DNA of 64,000 nucleotides. Origin: Fistulifera solaris. Lineage: Eukaryota. Made by a program: the position numbers and the translations under genes. The stretch's first letter is position 1. The number at the start of each line of letters is the position of its first letter. The DNA is taken from the NCBI GenBank assembly GCA_030295235.1, contig AP026156.1, forward strand, positions 186,001-250,000, given 5' to 3'. This document shows, in pieces, positions 12,511 to 23,647 of the stretch. The notes beneath the pieces were generated by a model. It was not told where the DNA came from. It made no database searches and saw only the letters and a list, made by a program, of their open reading frames with translations.

Positions 12511-15090
12511 CTCTCACGGGTGCTTTTTTGGGTGCTGCCGCTGCATTGGGTGCCGGTTTCGGTGCTGGTTTGGTGTCTGGATTCACACCAAGCTGACGGA
12601 GTTCATCATTCACCTCTTGCAAAGCCTTGGTAGCGACCTCATACCTGGTTACCAAGGCATCGTAGTATACTCGTGTCTTGGCGACCACGATGACCGCCCG
12701 CTTATAATCTCCTTGGGCTACAGCGTCAGCACTTAGTCCTTCCTGGGCCCTGGTCTCGTTTTGCGGGTTGAGATTTAAAGTCGTGGCAAAACATAGTAGA
12801 TGATGCCAACTGCTTTGCACGTTCCATGCCCTCCTTGATGACAATTTCAATAGGACCGGGTTGATCGCTTCGCAAAAATTCAGCGAGAGCAGGATAGGAT
12901 ACATGCGGAGCTGGCATACGCCACGAAAACACAGGTTTCCCGCCATGTGTCTTCTTCATTAAATTTTGTTTACGTTTTTGCAGCTCGGAAACTTGCAAAG
13001 CGCTTCCAAAGGCCGTTAAGAAATTCGAATTGCTCTTTGCCACGTTCGGAAAAGATGAGCCGCTCTTTTGGAAATGCGATCGGATTCTGGAAACTTTCTC
13101 TAATTGAGCTTGGAGTAGCCACTCCGATATTGACTTGAAATGCTCAGACTTCCCACGCTTGAACAGCAAGTCGACAAGAGTCCCGCTCGACCAAAACAAT
13201 TCGCCTTTGTCCTTCACGATCAAAGCGACTATATCGGTAATTATTTTGTTGAACATGTCATTCATATTTCCGTCTTTTTCGGACGTCATCCATTGCTTTC
13301 AACGCCTTTGCCGTGCGTGCCACGAACGCGCTCAGCGCTGTTTCACGTGAAGGGAAGGATGTCATGAACGTGAAAATGGGATTTGTGTTCTCGTTCCATC
13401 CGTAGTCATTCACCAACGACGCCAAAATAGTGGCACACTCTGGACACGGAACGTCCCACTTGAACAGGCAATTAATTAAAATGCTAAAGCTCGGCCAAAA
13501 ATTCAAATCAGACGCCCTCAGCAACGGGTACAACTTCAGCGAAGTCGTCGGAAAAAAGGTTGGGTTCTTTTCTCTGCATGAGTTGGAGCAGATGACGAAG
13601 CAGCTTGGGCTCTTGAAGCACTTCCTTTACGCCATCACTGAGGCGATTGTTGCAGGTGCGCTCAAAACTATTGGCATTCTTGTGGAATGCCACCAACAGA
13701 CAAACGGCGATAGGTAGCTTCGCGGGTAGCACCTTCGTTACCTGTGTATTCCACCTTTGATGCGGATTTTAGCCGCCACATCAATTTATCAGCAGTCTTT
13801 GCGGAAGATAATATAACGCCTCCGTCATCTAAACAATAGAATGACAGCTGCTTGCGGACCCACGCTTCCTGGTCACGAGCATGTGATCCATCCGTGAAAT
13901 ACAACTCTTCAATTTTAGGATCTCCCGTATCGTCTATACGGTCGACCGTATAATTGCTACCCCAACCATAACCACTTTGATATTCAATCCGCTTCAATTG
14001 TACTGCGATGAAAACTTCCCAACCCTTAGCACGAGAAATCGTGATTTGCCAGAGCCTTATCCTTTCCCTTCAACGCTCCATCTCCTAAAGCGGATAATGA
14101 TATTGTTGTGTACTGGTGATCCAACGGAACGGCAAACAACTGATCTTCACGCGGCAAGCGTTCGATGTTTCTCAACAACCGACCGGCAGTTTCGAGAACG
14201 CGAGCCGACGGTGTTTCGGAACTTTTGCCCTTGTAACACAGCGAATATACGAGCCCCAAGCGATAGCCCGAAGTAGCGGGCAATATTTCGTGCTCGCAGT
14301 CGGCATAATGCGCCACGTAGTGACTCGAATAAGGCGCAGTGGCGGCATCGTCTAGCTTGAACGTATGTTTCTTTCCGTTGTGCGAAACAACGAACGCTCC
14401 TCCTTCAAAAACACTAGGGAGCTGAACGACGAGCGTCGCAAACATACCGTCTTCCTTCTCTGTGTCTCTGTGTTTCTTGAAGAAACCTCCTGTTTCATAA
14501 AGTAATAGCTTATACAAATGAGCCTGCACCATGTTCGGAGCGACACCCAATCCATCGGCAGCTGCACAAACCAAATTTTCCAAATTTTCGTTCCACTCGG
14601 AGTTTTGAAACGACACTTGATCCGCATTGATCTGCCACGTATCGCGAACGGCTCGGTCTACAATCGTCTCGGTTCCTTTGCCGTGGGGAGCTTGCTGAGC
14701 GACTGCTTTCAATGCTGAAGCGGTCGTCTCGGTGATGGGTACATGTACAACACCAACTCCTTCAACAGTCAAACCTGGAAGAACAGGAAGCTTCGATGCC
14801 ACCCCTCCCGTACAAATCGAACCAGGAGTTTGCAAATCATCAAGAGACTCGAGAACTTCTTGCAATGTTGAATACTCTTGATCTTCCTCATCTTCCCTCG
14901 TCTTTTTGCTCGTCCTCTTCTTCTTTCTCCGCTGCTAAAATTTGCACGACACGGTCTTTCTGCTCTTCTACTTCTCGCGCCCTTGCTTTCATTTCAGCAA
15001 TTTGAGCATTGACTTTGTCGGCTGCGTCTCCGTCCTCGTCGTCAGATCCGAGAGCATCATTCGTGTAGCACCACCGTCTATGCTGCTCAT
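12491..15090 (-). CDS. 2OG-Fe(II) oxygenase array unit B (frameshifted in this assembly)
   Basis: LYKLLLYETGGFFKKHRDTEKEDGMFATLVVQLPS...YADCEHEILPATSGYRLGLVYSL provides HxD, distal H and R. Followed by 'LDHQYT...LKGKD', 'EYTGNEGA' and C-terminal 'FSWRMP...FLRSD', 'KTRVYY'. Confidence 0.8.
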
Positions 15091-15481
15091 TCCTGCTTTA
15101 ACACCACAGGAAGAGCAAGCTGCGAAAGATTGATAATAATACTGTATATGTCCTTCGGAAAGATCTTTATGAGCATCAGGAAAGTGCATCTGATTCAACA
15201 TCTCGTAAAAGCCAGGAAAAAATCCAGATTTACTGGCTCGCAAATAATTGCTGTACTTTACAATGGATACTCCGCAGTTCCTCAAGATTCGTGACTCAAA
15301 ACTTTCAAGAAAAGAGACGAGAACTGAAAAACTAAGTCTACGCAGCGGATCGACGCAGAGGCGTTATTGCTCCCAGAAAATTCGTCAGTAACTTTATCTA
15401 CCCTTTAACAGATTTAAAGACCAAGTTACGTTATGCCTTATTCACTTTCTCATAGATTAACCTCACAGTACACGGCCTCCC

Positions 15482-18119
15482 TCAATCAATAACGATGACA
15501 TCCACATCCGTTCGAGCGTGTTTCGCGTCTGGTTCACCTGACTCCACGCCAAGCTTACAAAGCTCCTCTTTTACTTCCTTCAATGCTTTTACGTCTTGGT
15601 CGTACTTTGCTACCGTGGGCGTTGTAGTAATCACGAGTCTTGGTGACGACAACACCAGCACGTTGACTGACTCCTTGCGCAACTATCTTAGCACTGAATC
15701 CTTGTTGCAGCAAAATAGGTTGTGAATTGTATGATCCTCTCCCGTACGATTCCAACCGTCGCTGGCATTGCTGATTCCTCCACCGGTGATAATTTCGGTT
15801 GGACCGGGTCGATCGCTCGCAAGAATGCATCGAGGGCGGAATTGGATGTCTTCGCGTTAAGCATGCTCCATGAAAACACCGGTTGACCACCACGGACCGC
15901 TTGTTTCAATCCGCATTTGCGTTCTTGTAGCTTAGCAATTTGCAACAACTTCCAACGATTATTCACCAACGTTTTGAATTCCTCTTTCGTTTCTGTAGAA
16001 ACGGAGAGATTTGTTTTGCAAGGCACGATCGGAAGCTGGGAAAGAGTGTCTAGGGACGCTGCTTGCACCCATTCCTTTAACGATTGGAAATGGCAAGGCT
16101 TGCCACGCTTAAACATCAAGTCAACAATATCATTGTTCTGCCTAATTCTCTGTCCTTGGCCCTTCACCATCTGGGCAACACAATCATCAAGAACTTTTTC
16201 GAAGACGCTATCCAGATTCCCCTCATTTTCAACGGATGCTATCAAGTGTAGAAGGTTCACTACATTTGCGATACCAGAAAGGTATGTCGAAGTCAAATAC
16301 GTCGGAGTCCGGAGTGAAATGGTTTCGAAAATAGACAAAATGGGCTTCGTATGGTTGTTCCATCCATGTTCTTTCACTAGAGATGTAAAAAAGGAAAACG
16401 TCTTCTAGCGTAGGAACCGCTTGCTTGTTCACACAGCTGATTAAAGTATCAAAGTTTGCCACATAATTGAATCAGAAGCTGCAAGCAATGGGTAAAGTTT
16501 GCCGAATTCTGTATACGTAATGATGGGCTTGTTTCTTTGCATGAACTGGAGCAAGCGAGGGAGTAACTGTGGTTTGTCAAGCACTTGAGTTACACCTGTG
16601 TGTATGTTGGAACGGAAAATGCGCTCTAGCACGCCGCTTTTCGAATATGCTACCAGCATACAAGTGGTGTAGGTAACTTCGCGATGCCCCTTTGTTGCCG
16701 GTATATTCTACCTCAGTTGCGGAATCTTCCTGCCACATTTCCTCGACAGAATCACGACAAGCAAGTATCATGCCATCTTCTTCTACCCGGCGAAAACTGC
16801 AACTGATTACGGATCCAATCTCTATGGATTTGAGCGTTTGATCCGTTTGCATTGTACAGACTCTGAAAGTAGGGGCTGTCCCGCTCTGTTTCGTCAGCGT
16901 AAGAATGACCACCCCATCCATCGCTGCCGTACTCATGATCGGTACGCTCCACTTGTGCAATGATCATTTTCCAATCCTTGACACGGGCAATAGTTATCGC
17001 AAGGGCCCTATCTTCTCCTTTCAGGGCGCCAACTCCCGAGCTAGCCAAAGACTTTGTCGTGTACTGGTGATCTAGTGGGATCGCTAGAACAGTGACTTGT
17101 CACGCGGCAATCGCTCCATGCTCTTTACCATCCGGCCGGAGGTTTCGAGAGCACGAGCGGACGGAGCTTCTGTACTTTTGCCTTTGTAGCACAAAGAATA
17201 CACTAGCGCCAAGCGATAACCCGAAGTCACAGGTAAAATTTCGTGCTCGCAGTCAGCATAATGTGCCACGTAGTGACAGGTAAGAGCGGTGATGGCATCG
17301 AGCTTGAATGCTTGACTCTTGCCGTTGTGTGAAACAACAAACGATCCTCCTTCAAAAACACTGGGAAGTTGAACAACTAGCGTGGCAAACATACCATTTT
17401 CCTTTTCGGTATCTCGGTGCTTTTTAAAGAATCCTCCCGTTTAAGTAAAGGAGAAGCTTGTACAAGTGGGCTTCGACCGTGTTCGGTGCAACACGGAGTG
17501 CCGTGGCAGCCGCATGAACCAATTTCTCCAGACTTTCCTTCCATTGCGGATTCTGAAAAGACACCTGATCCGCATTGATCTGCAAAGTATCGCGGACGGT
17601 TCGGTCTACGATCGCCTCGGTCCCTTGCCATGCGGAGCGTGCTGAGCAACTGCTTTCAAAGCCTTAGCGGTCGTTTTCCGTGATAGGCAACGGGACAATC
17701 CCGACTCGCTGAACAGTCAAACCAGCAAGAATTGGAAGAACAGAAGCTACTCCTCCTGTACAAGTTGATCCAGGCGTCTGCAAATCATCGAGAGATTCAT
17801 AAACATCTTGGAGTGTAGTAGGTCCTTCTTCCTTTTCTTCATCGTCCTCCTGTAGGTCATTTTTATTCTCTTCTTTGACAGTCTTCTCATTGCTTTCGTC
17901 CTTTCCTTCGGATGCCTGCTCATCTTCCTTCTTCTCTTCTTTGAAGCTCGCATTTGCTTTCACTGCATCGACTGCTTCTTCCTTGATAGGTGCTGAGGGC
18001 CCATTGTCATGGTTAATTATTGCATCCGAGAAGTCTTTTCCCTCCCCAGCCGGTGCATTTTCGACTCTCGACGAATCACCGATGTTCACAGAATCACATT
18101 TAGTTTCCGATAGCAGCAT
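15482..18119 (-). CDS. 2OG-Fe(II) oxygenase array unit C (frameshifted in this assembly)
   Basis: Acidic N-terminus, then the same HRD/H/R oxygenase motifs, 'EYTGNKGA' and 'FSWSML'. Ends EPDAKHARTDVDVIVID*. Confidence 0.8.
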
Positions 18120-20475
18120 CTTTGACTTTCATTTTTTCTGCTTCTTCTTTGACAGGTCGAGGGCTCAGACTGATCTTTCGTGAGAAGGAATGCATTCGGG
18201 CGACGCAGTTAATCGAACACTGAGGGGAAAGACGAATGATGATCTTTGAAGAAAAAAAAATCGCTTCGCAATAATAAATGCGAGCACGCCGGGGCAAAGC
18301 CGACGAGCGGGGCGCTCAACTTTACCTACATTAATGCATATAGTGAAAAGAGCCCGTGACTCGACTCAAGATAAATCAACTGAAAAAATTAACGATACCT
18401 GGTAGACCACGACTTAGTGTACGCTAAGTGTGAAAAGGCGTTATAACACCTAGTGAGTGTTGTCATTGATGCTAAAAGTGGCCTCCTTAGTCTATAATCA
18501 TTGGCCCCAAGATTCAATATTACTCTCAATCAATAACAATGACATCAACATCAGCTCGAGCGCGTTTCGCATCTGGTTCTTCTAATTTCACTCCAAGCGT
18601 CGAAGCTCCTCTTTCACTTCCTTCAGAGCATTGATGTCTTGCTCGTACTTTGCTACCTTCGCGTTGTAGTAGTCTCGAGTCTTGGTGACAACAACACCGG
18701 CACGTTTACCGACTCCTTGCGCTACAATATAAGCACTGAATCCGCTTTGCAGCAAAGACGATTGCGAAATGCAGGCTCTTCTCGCACACCACTCCAGCTC
18801 TCGTGCATCACTGATTCCTTCGCCAGTGACAATTTCGATGGGGCCAGGTTGATCACTTCTCAGAAAAGCATCGAGGGTGGAATTCGATGTTTTCGCTTGG
18901 CATGCTCCATGAAAATACTGGTGTCCCGCATCGGACTGCTTGTTCTAGCGTACACTCGCGTTCATGCAAATCAGCAACGCGCAAGTACTTGAAACGGTCC
19001 TCCACAATCGCGAGTGAATGCTTGTCTAGATTCGGTGGCGGCAGACAATTCCGTGCACTCAAGGCAAGATCGGGAGCTCAGAAAGAGCATCGAGAGAAGC
19101 CGTTAAAACCCACTCTTGCAAGAATTGGAAATGGTGGGGCTCGCCGCGTCGGAACAAGAAGTCAACAAGAAGTTTGTTTTCCCAAATCGCCTGCCCTTGG
19201 CCCTTTCCTATCATACTAACACAACCCTCAATATATTTTCTAAACAAGGCATCCATATTCCCATCCATTTTAATGGGCTCAAGCAACTGCAAGCATGTCA
19301 CTGTGTGTGCAAGACCAGAAAAGTAAAATGAGTCCGGAAGTGAAAGACTTGATTCGAAAATCGATAGAAGCGGCTTCGTATGGTCATTCCATCCATGGTC
19401 TTTCACTAAAGACGAAAAAATAACAGCGACCTCTTGCAAAAGCACTGCATGCTTGTCCAGGCAACCGACCAAAGTGCCAAAGCTCTTCCAAAAAGAGTGG
19501 TCTTCCTCAGGATCGAAATGCGACAGCAGCGCATATATTTTTATAAAATTGGCGCAGGTTATGGTGGGCTTGAGTCTTTCCATGAATTCGAGTAGACTGC
19601 CAAGTAGCTGAGGATTGCTCACCACCTCGTCCACGGGCGCTTTGTATGCTCGAACGACAGATCCACTCAAACACGTCAGTATGCAAGTACGCAATCAGCA
19701 TACAAGTAGAGTAAGTCACCTCACGGGTGGCTGCCGCGTTCCCGGTGTGTTCAAAACGACCCCACGGATTCTTCGTCCCACATGCATTCGACAACATCTT
19801 CACTAGCCAAAACCATGCCGTCATCATTCACCGGCGTCAGCTCTAGCTGATCGAGAATCCATTCTTGGTGCTTATAGGCATCTGATCCATCCGCGTCATA
19901 CAAATCTGCAATTATGGGCTCTCCCTTTTCTGCGTGAGCATCAGAGTATCCACCCCAAGGACTACCACCACTCTCATGATCCGTCCGGCCATCAGCTTAA
20001 ATAAGTACATTCCACCCATTGAAGCGGATAATAGATTTGGCAAGGGCTCTATCTTTTCCTTTTAAAGCGTCGATTCCCAAGCTACCCAACGATTTCGTCG
20101 TACTGGTGTTCCAATGGAACTGCAAACAGCGACTCTTCCCGCGGCAAGCGTTCCATGGTCTTGACCATACGACCGACTCTTTCAAAAACACGGACGGATG
20201 GTTGGTCGATATCTTTGCCCATATAGCACAGGGGAATATACCAGCGCTAAGCGATAGCCCGAAGTTACTGGTAATACTTCGTGCTCGCAGTCAGCGTAAT
20301 GAGCCACGTAGTGACACGAATAAGGGCGCAGAGTCAGCATAGTCTAATTTGAAGGTTTCTTTCTTTCCATTGTGTGAAACAACAAACGATCCCCCCTTCG
20401 AAAATACTGGGGAGCTGAGCGACTAGCGTGGCAAACATTCCGTCTTCCTTCTCGGTATCTCGGTGCTTTTTGAAA

Positions 20476-21227
20476 TGACAATTTTCTTAGCAAGTTTGAG
20501 TCATGTTAGTGACTGATTTTCCATAGTATTTGTGTAGTCTACTACTTATACTACACAGAGACGGCGCATCGGTATTGCTATTTAGACTTCGACTGTCTAT
20601 TTGAAGATAGAGTCACTTGGATACCATTGGGAGATATTTGAAGTTGCAGTTACAGGGATTGGATACCGTTGAGAGTGCAACGTCGACAATTTTGCAGACG
20701 TGGACATGTTTCTTCTCTCGCCACGACTGACTGTCACGTAGGCCTTCAGTACATTTCTTACGTGTCGTAGCCAACCTACGGAAGCCTACGGAGCTATGTT
20801 CATTTTCTACAGGAATTCAGTACTTGTTTTCTTTGCCACCTCAGCACAAGTTCCTGAAGATTGGAGAAAGGTGTGCAATCATTTTCCATTAGAATAGGTC
20901 TCACAAAATAAAAATGAATTAGAAATCAACCCATATTTACCGAGTTTACTGAGTCTTCTTTGTGTGGTGAAATTCTCAAGGTCACAAACCTTGCGAGTCG
21001 ATCTACATCCTTTGAGTCCAGGCAGGCAGACAGTGAGTAAGTAACAACAAGCGCACTGTGTGGTTGTCTTTGCTGATCATTGCAATCAAAGAGAGTTTGC
21101 GATATCAGTGCTTTCGTTGTCAGTTGATCATCTCATCAAAGAGTGTTGAGTTGGTTGATTGTCGTCTTTGCGTGAGGATATTCGCATTCAATTCCGTGAG
21201 CTATCTGTGCGCTCGGAATTTCTGTCA
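20476..21227 (+). repeat. 5' LTR of the outer Copia (752 bp)
   Basis: Direct repeat of 30308-31060; by eye 2 substitutions and one 1-nt indel. Confidence 0.95.
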
Positions 21228-21241
21228 GATTAACAGTCGCA
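21228..21241 (+). other. Putative primer-binding site (PBS) complementary to the anticodon arm of tRNA-Asn(GUU)
   Basis: GATTAACAGTCGCA lies directly after the LTR. Its reverse complement is TGCGA-CT-GTT-AA-TC, i.e. tRNA positions 27-40. Confidence 0.7.
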
Positions 21242-23647
21242 AGCCTCTGGATTGTGTTTGGCTCGTTGGCTGTTTCACGTGGGCTGTTGTGAAGCTCTCG
21301 TGAGGTTGTTTGACTTGTGAGTCTTGTTTCGCCAGTCGCCAGTGTCTGCTTGACGTCCGTCGTTGTTCGACTTGTGAGTCTTGTCTCGCTCGTGAGTCGC
21401 TCGCTGTCTGTCTGCCGTCTGCCTACCGACCTGTCTGTCAGCCTACCGTCTGCCCGGCTGTCCGCTCGTCTGTTTGTCTGTCTGTCAGCCGACTACCTGT
21501 CGGTTCGGCTAGGAATCCTTGAGGTTCCAGTCCAAGCAGTGACCCGCTTTACAGGAGTGGTGCGTCCGACAAGTCCTATCAATCTTCTGTTGTTCACCAA
21601 AGCACTGTACCCGCTCAACGAGTAGCCAAGCTACTGCTCGGGGGAGTACCTGTATACCGGCTCAGCGAAGCGCTTGGCGCGATCGTTCCAATTGGCGCTG
21701 TGTAGGGGGCGTCTATGGGGCGGCTTGGGGCTTAGTAATTCGGATTTTCCCGTCTGTGAGGTCGCAGTACTGGGTACACATAGTGCTAAGAATTAACAGT
21801 GGGCTTGAAGACAGGGAGTAAGGTTCCTATTGCAGGTTCTCTTATCTTTCTGTTGTTCGGATTCTGGTTGGGCGGTATCTAATCTACTGGGGCCTTTGTT
21901 CCTTGGTACATCCGCATTCCAACGCTCTGCTGTAAGGGCGTATCGGGACACGTGCTTGGCAGGCGATCACCTACCTTGCCTGAACCAACCAGCGAAGGTA
22001 TAAGGGGGCTGTTGAGGAGTACACCGAGTGCAAAGGGAAGGGTACTTGGTCCTCACTGTCGCTGATTACGGCTCAAGTTCGGAGGTCTTCCCTCGACGCC
22101 AGGGTCGCTACTCCTGGATAGGAGATTGGATTTTCCGGTGTCATACATTTCACCGCCATCTCTGAGCCCTTTTAAGTAGTAGTACACTCAAGGTTCAAGG
22201 TCAAGCTTTCAAGTTCCAAGATGGTTCTCCCTCACGATCCCAAGGACGTATTGCCTTCGATCACGTCCTCGATGTACTTTTGGACTGTGCCAATTCCCCG
22301 GGCCTTAAACTGTCCCTTGTTTCTCGTGGCTACACTACGCTTCCCAAACTGCTCTGTATTGACTATGCTGTTATCGACTGTCTTACCTACTGAAGAGAAA
22401 CCCGACGGTGCCGATGATAGTACTCCAGTCACAGTTCCAGTACCGCAAGCTGATAGGGACATGCTCAAGATGTTTTTCAAGTACATTGCCGACCGTTATC
22501 ATCAGGGTAACCCTATCAATGATGATTGGACGTCGATTACTGCTGAAGAGTTCGATTCCTTCTGTGTACGGGGGAGACATTATTGGTTCACGCGGATACT
22601 CTCCTGCCCATACACCACGTCCTCCTGTGTATACCGGCAGTCCGAAAACCCCTATGTCCCCTGCAGATGCCTTCCGCCGTGGCATCAAGCGCGATCCTTC
22701 ACTCTTTCCTACACTCAAGAATGAAAGTTACAATGACTCTTGGCATCGGTCATTCGTGACTCAAGCTCGCGCCCAAAGTGTCAGTGACTACTTGATGATC
22801 AATGCGTGCCTACTACTGACGATGAGAAGGAACTCTTCGACGAAAAGCAGAAGTACATGTACGCAGTCCTTGAAGCTACTGTCCTTACTGACCAAGGCAA
22901 GGCCATTGTTCGCAAGTACGAGTCTACCTATCGATGCACAACGTTTATGCTGAGTTGAAGCGCCATCACCTACAGTCTACTAACGCGCAAATGGAAGCCG
23001 ATAAGGACATGCTAAAGATGTTTTTCAAGTACGTCGCCGATCGTCACTATCAGGGTAACCCCATCAATGATTGGATGTCAGTCACAGTTGAAGAGTTCGA
23101 TTCCTTTTGTCTACGGGGAGACATTTCAACGCGCAATGGCTGCACTCTTGCAAGCACACCAAGTCCTACTGTGTGTCTTAGCAGTACAAAGCCCACGATG
23201 TCCCCAGCTCATGCCTATCAACACGGCATCAAGCGCGATTCTTCACTCCTTCCTACAGTCAAGAGTGAAAGTCAAAATGACTCGTCACATCTGTCATTCG
23301 TGAATACAGTACACGCTCAACACGGCAGTAGTACACTTAAGGATCCGCAGTACAAGCCTACTACTGACAACAAAAAGGATATCTTCAATGTGAACGAACA
23401 AGTACAAGCGACTACTCTTTGTCCGGCTCACGAGCGTTCGTCTGGTAATGCATCGACTCCACACGACTGATAAGGGTGAAGACATGCAATTAGCTTGTGA
23501 CACGGAAACGGTTAAGGGTTCCATCCCCAATAAGGATGAAGACAATATTTTGGGTTTTTCGTCTAACCTCAACCATACTGGTTCTGGCAGTTCTCACGGT
23601 TTCAATCTGTTCTGTCGCGACCGCATTCCCATGAGTCTCTTCCTCCT

